Shown here in pieces: positions 51,791-64,000 of a DNA stretch of 64,000 nucleotides. Each line of letters begins with the position of its first letter. Within the stretch, counting starts at the first letter, position 1. The stretch is from the NCBI RefSeq assembly GCF_021028975.2, contig NC_059433.1:44764001-44828000 (forward strand), given 5' to 3'. The position numbers and the translations under genes are program-made. The notes under the pieces are model-generated. The model did no database searches, had not been told where the DNA came from, and saw nothing but the letters and a program-made list of their open reading frames with translations. This stretch comes from Sphaerodactylus townsendi. Lineage: Eukaryota.

Positions 51791-53240
51791 AGATTGAGAG
51801 ATAAGTCAGAGAAATTTGCAGAAACATGGAAACTTTACTTACAATATTGTAGATGGAAAGTTTAGAAAGTGGTATATTAGGATTAAGATCCTCTGAGTTG
51901 CAGTGTAATTAGGATTACTTATGTATCTTCCTTTTTTTCAAAGGGAATGATTGATAATTTTTTTCAGGAATTTACCATCATAGGTCGATAAGGTAGGATA
52001 TTAAGAATAGTGTAAATATATGTATCTGTATACCTATAATACAATTATCTCCTTTCCTACTTTTCTCCCTTTTTCCCCTACTTAAATTGATTCTTGTTAA
52101 AATTTGTTTTGTTTTTTAAGTTTTCTGGTATATTCAAAATTGATTCTTCTCCACATGGTTATCTAGTAAAGAGTATTTATGACAACGAGAATGTAGGTAA
52201 TGGGACAAACCTATATTCCCTTAAGATTTTAAATGCATTATTCTGTTACATTGTTGTTGGGGTTTTTTTGTCTTTTTAAATTTTATTTTGTTGTGCTTCA
52301 ATAAAGTTTTTAAAAAATTAATAAATAAATAAATAAATACCTAAAATACTATTATAACATTCATATTCCAACCCATTCCTGACTGCAGCAGCCCATACAG
52401 TAGAGTAGAAATGGAAAAACATACAAAATGAGGATTACTATATGCTATGGAACTGAGCAAGAGCTTTATGAGCATACTCATGAACAAATATGCACATATG
52501 AAACTATCTTTAACTGAATCAGGTCATTTATCCCATCTAGCTCAGAATTTCTACTGAGGTTTATAAAGTCTTAGGCGCAGAAACATTTTCCTAACACTGG
52601 CTTTGTATCCAGTAGTGATAATGCCAGCCTTCAATAAAAATTTGCAGGTTTGTAGCATTAAGAGAGAAGGGGACGTAGGAACCTCACTTGTGTCTTTATG
52701 GAAGTTTGCTGATAACAAATCCTAACTTGGATAGTAGCTTCATTTCTTGATGTTAAAATGGATTTTCCTGTCTCTGTCCATATGATCGATTCAAGGAAAT
52801 GAAAGTTATCTGCAAGAATAAGAGTGATGCTGGTTAATAGAAATCACATCCTACTTCAGGAAGCCTTTATGTTGATGATGGCTTCCTGCTCTTCAGGCTT
52901 AGTGTTCAAGCTATGTGTGGCCAGAGCTCATCTTGGCAATACTATGTTCCATGTCTCAGCCAACCAAGCGAGATGTAAACACAGATGAGCGAGACGTGAT
53001 GAGGGGTAAGCTTTGGCAAAGCAGCCACCTCCTCCTCACCTCCTGGAACATTAAAAAAGGATAATCAAAACAGGGGACTAGAGAAGAATCTGGATGGTGC
53101 AAAGACAGCTGCCAAGCAGCCAATGGAAAAGGAATCATCCCAGAATGAAGCAACTGGTGGAGAAGGGACAGCCAGGTACACAAAGGAGGGCAGAAGTAAG
53201 GGAACCTGAAAGCAGAAGGCCAGTGTAAGAAACAGACTAT

Positions 53241-53866
53241 GGCCATTTACACACATGTGGTCTTTTTGGGTTTGATTCTTGGTTACACACATATTTCCAC
53301 CTCTTTGGCACTTACTTCACTGTCAGAACTGAGAATTCCCACAGTTTACGAAAGCTCTGTAAATGCAACTTTTCCCCCTCCCTTCACAGGGAAATCAGAG
53401 ATCCCTGTGTGTTAACTCTTCCTTGGGTTTCCTCACTCTCCCCCACCTTACCCCACCCACACCACAGTAGTTATTCCCACTCTACTGGTCACCATTTCAG
53501 GATGTTCAGAAAATTTGGGGAGGTCTCCCTGTTGGCTTTTTAAAATTTTTCATGGTTAAGTGCTCTCAATGGAGTATTGAATCCAATGAAATTGACAAGG
53601 CTCTTGCATTTTCAGAGAACATCAACAGGGAACAGACATGCCCTTCCCAAAAAAAGGAGGGGCAGGTAACTTCCAAAAATGGAGTTTACATGGCAACTAT
53701 CAAAAGGTAGGCAGGCAAAATGGCAGATCAGTTCAGATGAGGAACAAAAAAAATGTGATGGGGGGCAGGGGGAGAATGTTGTAAACAGGAAAACCCCACT
53801 GTGAAGTAAACTTAGAGAACTGTCTACTTCTCAGCTGCGGGGTCAATAGTGGATGCATGAATGGCC
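53241..53866. mobile_element. Older PIF/Harbinger-like MITE (CpG-depleted)
   Basis: GGCCATTTACACA / TGCATGAATGGCC ends with TAT on both flanks. Confidence 0.6.
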
Positions 53867-54909
53867 TATGTCTAATTCATCTCTCCCAGTATTCATGCAA
53901 AGTGATTAAGAATTATTCATGTATAGTGGGACAATAAATACCCAGCAGATGATGACAGGGAACTTCTTACAAGGCAGGAACCTGTGAAACAAACAGCAAT
54001 AGAGGTCATAAGAATTAACTCTCTTTCCCATCTGATGCCATAACAAACTAGCTATGTGACAATAATAATGTTTTCTGTGTACCATGACTGACATCTAAAA
54101 GATTCATCAATAAATGTGCAAAGAAAAAAAGGTAGTTGGTATTATTCTCACTTAGATGTTTGCAGAGTTGACAAATTGTACTAGGTCTAATTTCAAGGAT
54201 ACTTACTATACCTGATTGTTGCTTGTTAACAGCAATCGCTAAATCTCAGGTTTTCAATTTCTTCTGTCACTCATCATTAGCCTTTTTCACATGATTTGTT
54301 CTAACCAATTTAATTCACTGATGTTGTCTGCAAAGACTATAAAACTCCCTGTGATTCTTGACAAGTATGACTCAGGCTTATGCATGATAAGTTGGAGTTC
54401 AGCCCGTTTTATAGTCTAAGATGCAAGTTAAAACATCTTTTTGATGTTATTCTGGCCTAGCTAGGGAAAAGGAAAAGCTAGAATGATCAAAGAATTCTGT
54501 CATGCTAGACTTTCCCCCAACAAAACACATTTGCTGAATTTATATCAGTATTGCTTTTATAATGAAAGAAGCAGAGCCTGACCAGGAATAATTATATTTT
54601 TAAACCCTGAATTATTATATTCAGGGGAAGGAATGGGGATATCGGCCAGTTGGGGAAGATCTGATGAATATTTGCTTCTTCCTCTTTTAAGATACTTTAA
54701 AAACCTAGTGCTCGTTGTTAGCAGAATTGGGAAAATAATCTAATCCCATACAAGCAGAGTTGCTTTCGATAAAGTTTTCTGCTACACCAGGATGTGCAAA
54801 AGCATGAATTTATTGTAGTCTTGTAGCAGAGATACTTTCAAGATACAAGACCTTACTTATAGACAGAGACAAAGCATAAAAGGAAGCAGGGAAAACAAGA
54901 GAAGCTCCG

Positions 54910-55608
54910 AGTTGCCAACTCTGGGTTGGGAAATCCCTGGATATTTGGGGGTAGAGGCGTGTTGGGGGAGGGGAAGGATGGAAGCTCAGCAAGGGTGTGA
55001 TGTCACTCTAAGGCCCCTTCCGCACGGGCGGAATATGGCGCCCTGGGGACGGCAAAAACGCCGTCCCCAGGGAGCCATTTGCACAGGGGGCGCAGCTGCT
55101 TTGCAGCCGCGCCGCCCTCACACCGCCTGACCGGCGCGAAGCCGCCGTTTCCCAACCTCGCTTGGCAAGCGAGGTTTATGGGAAACGGCGGCTTGGAGCC
55201 ACTGCCTTCCCTCCCCCCACAACCGGGCGACTTACCTGTCCTGCGGCCCTCCGGCACGTCGCCAAGGCCTGAGGACACTCCCCCTTTGCCCTGCGACTCC
55301 GAAGCGGTCGCGCAGCGCAGGGGAGCGTGTCCCCTGGCCTCGGCAACGTGCCAGAGGGCCGCAGGACCGGTAAGTTGTTCTGACGACGGCGCAGCTCTGC
55401 GCCGTCGTCTCGGCCGATTCTGGGACCGTTCATGCGAACAGTCCCAGAGGGGTCGGGTCGGCGTGGACTACGCTGACCCGACCCCTTCCGCCTCCTTGCG
55501 GAAGCAGCCTTTGACTTTTGAGTTCTGGAATCTACCCTCCAAGCAGTCAGTTTCTCCAAGTTTGTTTCACCTTGAGACCAGGTTTCACCTGGAAGATGGC
55601 AACCCTAA
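54910..55608. mobile_element. hAT (Blackjack-like) element hosting the 55012 MITE
   Basis: gttgccaac...ggcaacccta ends. Confidence 0.6.
55012..55509. mobile_element. GC-rich PIF/Harbinger-like MITE
   Basis: GGCCCCTTCCGCA / TGCGGAAGCAGCC ends, a 13-bp subterminal hairpin at 55041-55072, and a central palindrome at 55230-55375. Confidence 0.85.
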
Positions 55609-57519
55609 GAATATATTATAACTACTTTAGATTTCTAATGGACTAAATATGCCCTGTGTCAGTATTTACATTAAGAGAGAAAACTCAAGAGTTCTGATGC
55701 AAGCCAATGGGGTCTTGGCTTTTGGCTCTGGTCAGCCCAATGGGATCTTTAAGAAAGACCTTTGGGAAGCTTGGATTGGTGGCTAGGGTTCCACCCATTC
55801 AAAGGTGGGGGTTAAAAGCAGGTGATTTTGTCCCAAGGCACTTATTTATGTCAGATACAGGATATCTGGGGTAACTGCCCCGAGCCCTGCACTGGAGAGC
55901 TATGTAGCAATCCCCACTACTCTGCTGCAACCAGTTGCCTCAGCTGTTGCCCTGAAGCCCCTGAGCACAAAGTTGTCACTCATCTCCGTCAGGCAATGAA
56001 GAGGAGGGAGATGAGCCAATGGATATGATTCCCTGTGCTGCCCAAGACTCAGGCAGTGGAGGGACCAGGTCAATCAACTGTAGGTCAACAACCCTCTTCC
56101 TCGCACTACCTAAGTAATTCTGGGGACTCATCCTGAAGTTTTGCTTTGGGCTACAGAATCATTAAACCATCCTGTCTATTCAGATTATTATTACAATATG
56201 CAATTTAACAGTGGAAGATTCATCAAAAGAAGGGGTAAATAGTGGAATGATCACAATAAATGAGCGGTAATTGTTCAATTGGCTTTCATTACTTTTGGTT
56301 AACATTGGGAGTAGTGGGGATTGCTACATTGGGATTAAAAGGGTTAAGGAAAAATTCACCAAAATTTAGTTTTCATGACGAATCCAAAGAAGATATTATT
56401 TGTCATAATAATTGGAAAGTACAGATCTGTGTGGTCTACTGACAATTATTATCTATCTGGCAATTATTATCTATCTGAAATCAGGTCTTTTCATTTTTAG
56501 TATACCATGTAAATAATATTCTCCCATTGTGCTGTGCTCAGGGAAGCTCAGCTCTTAACATCAAATAGGCTACAGCAGGCAAATGTTTTCCCAATATGTC
56601 AATTTCTGAGGCTTAGTATGGCTGTGCAAAGTATGCGAACCTCAGGCTTAGACTGAGGTTTTTAAGGGCCTGATCTCATGAAACATTTTTCCAGGTACAC
56701 ACCTGGGTCACATTGAGAGAGATATTTTGGGCCTCCATACCACTCAGGTGTGTGTTTAGGCCCAAATCTGATTAAACCACCATGTTCAGGAGGCAGGAAT
56801 TAAACCTCCCTGTGTGCCATTTTCCTAACCTAAAATCGCCCTGGGGACTGGAGTTCTATTTGCCCTGTTACGGTATCCCATCAGTATAATGTAGAGCTTC
56901 AAATGGGGCAAATAGCAGTGTCTGCTCCATTTCAAATCAGGGAGATGCTTATGTCAGTTCACCCTGGGGACCATGGAGAAATTACTTAAGCAGTTTGAAT
57001 TGTGCCTGGGTATACCTGGGAAGCACAGACTGTAAGAACATGCCTGCTGACCTAACCTGAAGACATGCTTGGGGAGAGGTTTCAACCCCACTAAAGTTTC
57101 TACCCTCCCTTTTCACTTGGGGGGGGGGAGGGTTGCCTCTTCCATTACTTTTAATATAAAGAATATTACAATGTTCTGCATAAGCTGTTACCGGAAGTGG
57201 ACCTGGGGATGGGGGTATTAGCATGTTGCCAGGTTTCCAGCTAGATAAACAAGGGATCTTTTGCCCATACATATGGAGGCTTTATTTCTGTGCTATTTTC
57301 TCAAGAGATAAAGCAACAGAGACCAATCGATTCAAAATGAAATATTTATTAGGACTAAGACACACTATTAGAGGTAGATCAAGATTGCTTCTTAAGGTTT
57401 TAAGGGCCACAAATATGACTATACAAGTAAAACCCAGAATAAAACCACCTGCATTGTAGTAGCCTGGCCTTTTGATCCCTTTGACAAGCTAGGCTACTAC
57501 AATGCAGGCTACTACAATG

Positions 57520-57838
57520 CAGATGCCCTCACTAATTGATTATGTTATCTTCATGGTTACTCATATGCTAAATAGGTGGATCCCACCCAACACATGAAAA
57601 TCAAGCTTGCTAATTGCACCCTTTACACTTGTTAACAGACAAATGGTTCTTTTCCCCACCCTAGACATTTCGCAGGTATATATACGCCACTTGCTTTACT
57701 ACCATCAGATCCTCTGAAGATGCCAGCCACAGATGCAGGCAAAACATCAGGAGAAAATGCTACTAGAACATGTCCATACAGCCTGGAAACCACACAACAC
57801 CCCAGTGATTCTGGCCATGAAAGCCTTCAACAATACAT
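57520..57838 (+). mobile_element. Penelope-like pLTR / 3' end
   Basis: Matches 7670-7950 and 13990-14157. Confidence 0.85.
57710..57752 (+). ncRNA. Degenerate minimal hammerhead motif
   Basis: TCCT-CTGAAGA-T-GCC...GGC-AAAA-CATC-AGGA. Confidence 0.5.
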
Positions 57839-58686
57839 CTCTATGATTCAGTTTCCCAGCCAAAGAAAAGAGCCACACAGGCTGCCCATGTTGTGAAGGT
57901 CCCCATGAGCATATGACCATCTTTCCTTTTTATATTCCTTGAGCAAGAGTCTTGTTATTGAACAGTCCAGGGGCACATCAGGCTGGTTGAGAGCCCCCAT
58001 TACTATGGTCCTTGCCTGTTCTTTATTGTATCTCTGTGGGTATAAGTAGAGCTGCCACCAATACCTGTGATACTGAATGTTTTTGTCTTAAGGATTCCAA
58101 CTAGTTGGGCCAATGTACCTCATTAGCGGACATTTCCATTTACTTACATTTTTATTATACTCTGTTTTTCTCCCCAGTGGAGACCCAAACTGGCTTACAA
58201 CATCATTCTCCTGTCCTCCATTTTATCCTCATAACAACAAATCTATGAAATAGGCTCTGTTGACAGAAAGTGAATGGCCCAAGGTCTCCCTTTCACTCTG
58301 ACTAGCACACTGACTCTCAGCACAGAAGTTTTCAACATCTGTGTTAATTACCATTTATTCCTTGATAAGATTCACTCCAAATTTGAAACAGTTAGCAAAT
58401 TCCAATTTTTTAAAGGTGCCACTATTTTTTTCTTTTTTTCCTGATATACCTTGAACCATTTCACATATTCTAGCAGGCATTATTTGAGTAAGTACAAGTC
58501 TGTACAATCTTGCCAGTGTGGCATGTACTGGAGCTTGCTTCACCATGAAAACATCTTACAATCCACCTCACATTTCTTTCACTTCACCTCACAAAAGTGT
58601 GTTAAGCAATGAAGTGATACATGTGAGTCATAAGATAGGAATCCTCGGAAATAATTTCATGTATTGATTTCTACAGACAGACTAAG

Positions 58687-58855
58687 TAGCCCAAACTAGC
58701 CTCTCATCAGAATTGACCATGATTGGTACTTGGGTGGGAAACCACCAAGGGAAACATGAGTTGCAATGGAAAGGCAATGGAAAACTATTTCTGCTTGTCT
58801 CTTACACTGAAAACCCATGAGAGGCCACCATGAGTCAGTTGCAACTTGACAGTAT
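58687..58855 (+). mobile_element. 5S-Sauria-like SINE, degenerate
   Basis: ggtacttgggtgggaaaccaccaagggaa head and gccaccatgagtcagttgcaacttgac tail. Confidence 0.6.
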
Positions 58856-59482
58856 TTAATTATTATTAATTTGATTTCTGCAAGGATGCATTTACCAACG
58901 TGTTAATCCAGTTATGTGGATTTGTCATAAATTGGATTATGTAGATCACATTTATCAGGTCACAGATAAAAGTACCAAACGATTTGCTTAGACATTTTTT
59001 TTTATACATAGATAACATTTCTTTTTCACAAATTATGTCTCTAAGGAAGCCAAAGGCTCCAAAACAAGCAGCTAAATGTTTATGGATGGTATAAAGTATT
59101 TCAATCATACAGGGTAAATTTTATTTCCAACTACACTTCTAGTCGCGTTTATATTGGTTGACAAATGACAACATTCAAAACAAAATAACATTTATAAAGA
59201 TATTTTATTCATAAGGAAAGCCACATATTTGTTTTCCGAAAGCCTTGGGCAACCTATTGGTGTGTAATAGGATACCTTGGGGCTCTCCTTCACCTATTGT
59301 TTCAGATAATGATCTGTTTTAATGGCAGGTGCTGTCAACAATTGCCTACAATATTCTAGCAAATGGTTTCTCACCCAGTATTCCTCTGTCAGTCTTTATA
59401 TTGTCATTAAAACCCTCTATGCTATGGTCACAAGAACTTTTCTCACTCCCCGTTTCACATCCCAGAACTCGTAGAAACGCTG

Positions 59483-60010
59483 TGTCCTGGCTTGGGCTGC
59501 CAAGCAGAGGTGTCAGTTTACAGCAGGAAGCCGAGTCTAGTCCAAGAATCCGTTAAACAATTTCAGTGTTAGAAGTCCAATCCAAGAGTCAGAATGCACA
59601 GAGGAAGAGATGCAGCAGTCACATGCTTTGTTGCTTCCAGGCCGGTATGCTGTGTGAACCACCTTGATAGGGTCTTCCAGAATGTTAGGCGTCATCCTGT
59701 GAAGATTCTGCTTCCCTCTGCTGCAGAAGGTGCCTTGCAACATCTCCCTGTATCTCTGCCTTTCTTGACATGTGGGCTCTGGTGAGCTAGGTTCATGAGT
59801 CTCTGCAGCTGGAACAGGGCTGAATGCATGGCCTGCTTCTGCAGGCACTTCTGGCTCTGAGTCTTGACCTGCTTGTTGTTCACCTTGTAGAGCCTGCAAG
59901 GACCCTGGCTGCTTCAAGCCCAGCTCTTGTTGATTCCCAACCTGGTTTGGGCTTACTGGACTCTCTCATCCCCTGAGGACTCATCACTCTCCAGGGGATG
60001 GCCCACGACA
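59483..60010 (-). mobile_element. Probable solo LTR (Gypsy-like)
   Basis: TGTCCTGG...CCACGACA termini and a composition shift. No clean TSD. Confidence 0.45.
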
Positions 60011-60559
60011 CTTGTTTGGTGTATTCTTAATATTATGAAAAAGGCAAGAAACTGTTGTCTGCTAACAGGAAGCAAGGAGGCAATTTTAGAGAACATTCCA
60101 GCCTCTGTCCTGCTGGTCTCTTTTTTAGCCTCCCTCTACCCTCGCTGCTGTGGGATAGGTTGTTCCTGTACCAGCATATATATTATTAAAGGGATCTAAC
60201 CTCACATATTGGTGAAGAAGTTACATTGCCACATAAAATGTTTCATATAGCTCAACTGATGACATGTCACATCGCAGTAACTCAAGTTGCTCTAAACAAC
60301 ACAGCAACCCAGGAACAACCCCAGTTGAGCTGCCAGAAGAAGGGAAAGGTAGAACTGGGTGCTAAAGAGGGTTGCCAACCAGCCCAGAGAAAAAATTCTG
60401 TCTCTTTAATAGATTTAGACAATATATGGAAATGGGCAACAGACGCTTTTTATGGCATAGCGGTAAATTACAATATCATATTAAGTTTCTGTTAAAAGGG
60501 ACCACTTTCTTCAAAATAACAGTTTTTCTCTTATACTGAAGAAAGACTCTGGAGTTGGG

Positions 60560-61775
60560 GGGCATGCGTTTTTTGTAGTGGGAGACTTTATCATTAAGAA
60601 TCTAGAGTGAGTGATGGGCTTTTTGACTGCATGTTGACCTGCCTGCCTAATGCAAAGGACTTTATATACTATCTAGATAGCTAGTGTAGATGTAGGATGG
60701 AATCAATAGTCATGGTGCATGTTGGTACCAGTGACATTGGGCAGTACCATCATGTGGTCTCAAAAAATATAGGTTACTACAGGATCTCCAAGGTAGTGTT
60801 CTCAGAATTGGTACCTGCTCTATATACACACAGAGATTATGGGTCTGAATGTAATGGTATGAAAGTGGTACTGGAAGGAAAGATTGTTTTTTTTTTGAGA
60901 CACTAGGGAACATATAAAAGAAATGGACTTTGCTTTAATTGAAAGAGAAGGGAACCAGGCTGTTGGTACTTAGTATGAAAAGGTAGCAGAGCAGCTAACT
61001 TCTGGGGGAAAGCTGATGGGAGTTAGAGAATCTCTGGTTTGGATGGACTCATCTCTAAAAGGTGGTGTAGTAAATGCTTTGGAATTTATTGGTGGGAGAG
61101 TACTGTGAAAGCAGAGCAATAAAGGAAGTAATGTGAGCAAAGCTTAAGGGTCAGAAAAATGATGTACAGGTATTTATGTACCAATTTGGTGAGTCTCTGA
61201 GCCAAGATCAGGGAGCTAGAGTACTTGATGCTAAATAAAAATGTAGAAACAGAGATCATTTCAGTAATCTGGAAGAACAAGGAAAATTAATGGGATTCTA
61301 TTATGGCTGGATATAGACAGAACCGGAAGGGATGTGTTGGTGGTGGTGGTCAAAGAGTGAGTAGCGAATATGCCTTCATGAGTGATATTTAGCCACCTGG
61401 ATGTTCATCCAGCCTGGTCTGCTCCCCCAAATCTATCCCTTTGGACAGCTGCCACCACATACTGCATCAAAGGAAATTGAGTTACTGAACTGTGGAATTC
61501 ACAGTCAGTTGAAGTAGTGGATGCCATAAGCATAGATGATTTAAAAAGAAAGTTAAGACAAATTCATGGAGGACAGGTCTATCAATGGCTACTAGCCATT
61601 ATGACTGAATGAAGCCTTTATACAGTGCTGCAAACTTCTGAATCAGGCTGAGGGTTGTTCCGCCTCTGTGCACTGTTTGTTTGGCCCTCCTGAGCATCTG
61701 GTTGGTTGCTGTTTGAAACAGTATGGTGAACTGGATGGATCACTAGTCTGATGCATCACGGTCTACTTATGATTT
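60560..61775 (+). mobile_element. Internally deleted CR1 LINE (ORF1 esterase remnant, ORF2 start, 3' end)
   Basis: VVGD..CLP and VMVHVGTSDIG..SKVVFSELVP match the SGNH-like ORF1. A degenerate endonuclease N-terminus lies at about 61170-61350 and the CR1 3' region at about 61490-61775. Confidence 0.8.
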
Positions 61776-62332
61776 GATGTTGAAAGGGTGCCAACATCCA
61801 AGTCAGTGGGGTCGCTAAGTGCCTCGGTAAAGAAGTGCTCCTAGGTCTTCAGGACTTCCTTTGTACAGGGTCATAATTCATACTGGACCTCAGCCAAGCT
61901 AGATCTACTACTACTAGGACTGTTTTTATTGCATTACAGTATTGTGAAATAAACTCTTTTTTTTACACATGTGCTTTTTTGTTTGCTTGCTTGTTTGTTT
62001 CATGGATCCATTATCTCATACAAGATAAAATGTTACCTGAGTGAGCAGCCTCTCTTGTAGTTTCAGGTTCAGTGAATCATCAGCTAAAGCCTAGCAGAGC
62101 AGAAGAGCAGCTGAAATGATAAATCTAGCTTTCTTTAACATATATCAGAATCAACACTTGGTTATCACCGACATTGACTCCAGATTCAGTGGTGCTGTCC
62201 CCAACCTATAAAGAAAAAGGTGTGGATGAACCTTCTAAATAAGCTTAATATGTCAGACTGTACAAACTGCAGCTAACATGTCATAAAAGTTTAGGCCTTC
62301 ACTTTAAATTTCTGGTTTTTTGAAAGAAGACA

Positions 62333-62831
62333 GTGCAATCCACAAAGGGGGGGGGGAGAGTTCTGAGGAAGCAACATGATCCTGGTGCAGGTATAAATGC
62401 AGGTGTAAATGACACTTGTGCCACCATAAAATGTATTTACAACTGTGCCAGACACACCAGCACCGGGGAGTGGCCCAGCAGCACTATGCATGAGCGCCAG
62501 TATAGCCCTAGCAGGCAGGAACCCCAGTACACCTCCAGCACAGGGGCTCACTCCTGCACCAAAAGGGGAATGCCCAGGAATGGGGCTGGCATCAGTCAGC
62601 TCCCTGAGCCCTTTTGGCACAGGAACACCCACATTTATGACATGAACATTCACCAGCAAAAACATAGGCACAACCTATGGAACTGCAAACAGTGATTCAA
62701 CAAGGTTTGGAGGAGCATCTCTGCCAGGTTGCTGGTTGCAGCGCAGCAAGTCATCTAGGAGACACTTTGGCTGCCCCATAACTGTGCCATCTTTAGTTGT
62801 GGTGCCATTACGCTCCCCTTCAGGATTGTGC
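62333..62831. mobile_element. Probable non-autonomous TIR element
   Basis: GTGCAATCC / GGATTGTGC short inverted ends around a GC-elevated block. Confidence 0.35.
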
Positions 62832-64000
62832 TTCCTGTGAATTTATAGGAGCCTTAACTTTTCCTTTAAACTGAATCAGTTTTATCTAAGATGATAGCAT
62901 TTGAATTTTCATTCAAAAGATTTGTTTGACATTAACTGAAGATCCTTCCCTGTTCTAATCCTGAGAGTCAATGTATTTCCAGCATGGAGTTTGTCCTCTG
63001 TCAAGTAGCAGACAGTGGGACATAACATGACTGTACCTGGAAACTGAGAGAGGAACCTGAAGTAGAACTAACATCAAAAGTCCTCAGCTACATTGAAAAA
63101 AGCTATCTCTTTGACTTTGGCAACTTGTGCTTTTTTTTGGCTTTTACTTTTGTTGTTTTCCCTGGTGAGGCTGAAAACTGGGTGAAATCCTGAGATTGGC
63201 TTACTACTGTGTAGAGTCAACTTGGCTTCCTTTAATAGCAAGTCTTCCATCACTCCTTTAATAGCAAGTGTACAAAAGAAATATCAGCATAGTATCTGAA
63301 TCCAAATGATCACTATCAAGGGTATTCCTGAGATTCAACCAATGACTCTGACTCTGGATTAATGTGCTGACTCTGGATTAATGTGCATTTGAATAGTATA
63401 TGACTTCTGGCTGCCATCCTAAATACTGCCAGTCATTTAAATTATGTAGAATTTTTTTAGCCCTCCTTTCTCTGAATTTTGACAAGTCTTGAGAGAAGTT
63501 CCAATGATGATAATAATAGTATACAGGCACCACACTGGGGAGCCTGCACTAATTATACATTTTAATTAAGTAACAATATCATATGAAGAACCATAGAATG
63601 ATAATTTCATGATAAAGTTGGAAAAGAACTCAAAGAAATCTCAAGGCTTTCAAGAATGAAACTATCATGCTACCTTTAAAAATGTTTATATCTCAGTTAT
63701 AGTTACACTTTAAATTAGTTTTCATAGCCTAGATATTCCATTTCTTGCATCCATAACACTGCAGTATGTATAAAGCAAGATTTGTGAATATGAAAATTTA
63801 AGATGTGTAAGAATGTGTAAGTGATTTATCTTGCATAACCAAGAAAGTGTGCTGCTAACATGTGTCAGAAAATGAAATATAATGCAATACGTGGAGGTCA
63901 AGAGCAAGCCAGCCATGTTTATTAATCTAGGATAACATAATGCATCAATAAATAATTCAGATCCAATAAAAGTGACAAGATACCTTGTAAGAGCTTCCCA

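Noticed and set aside
1-64000. Prokaryotic-type systems (CRISPR arrays, operons, defence islands)
   Set aside because: There are no regularly spaced repeat-spacer arrays or dense ORFs. The content is vertebrate repeat-rich DNA.

Overview
This is repeat-dense vertebrate genomic DNA, most likely from a gecko or other squamate, judged by Squam3/Squam2-like and 5S-Sauria-like SINEs, CR1, L2 and Poseidon-type Penelope elements. Family names are from recognition, not database searches. I could not support any intact host protein-coding exon; the window looks intergenic or deep-intronic, and every ORF I could recognise is a transposon remnant. One 131-N assembly gap lies at 44345-44475. The main points are: (1) a three-level nest at 4736-7950, where a Penelope GIY-YIG sequence is split by a 2.7-kb TIR element with a 3-bp TSD that itself carries the PPT and 3' LTR of an LTR retroelement; (2) four Penelope 3' ends carrying minimal hammerhead-ribozyme motifs; (3) young CpG-rich PIF/Harbinger-like MITEs whose central hairpin of about 136-149 bp is bracketed by outward-facing splice-donor consensus sites on both strands; and (4) a candidate non-repeat promoter/first exon on the minus strand at about 36132-36255.
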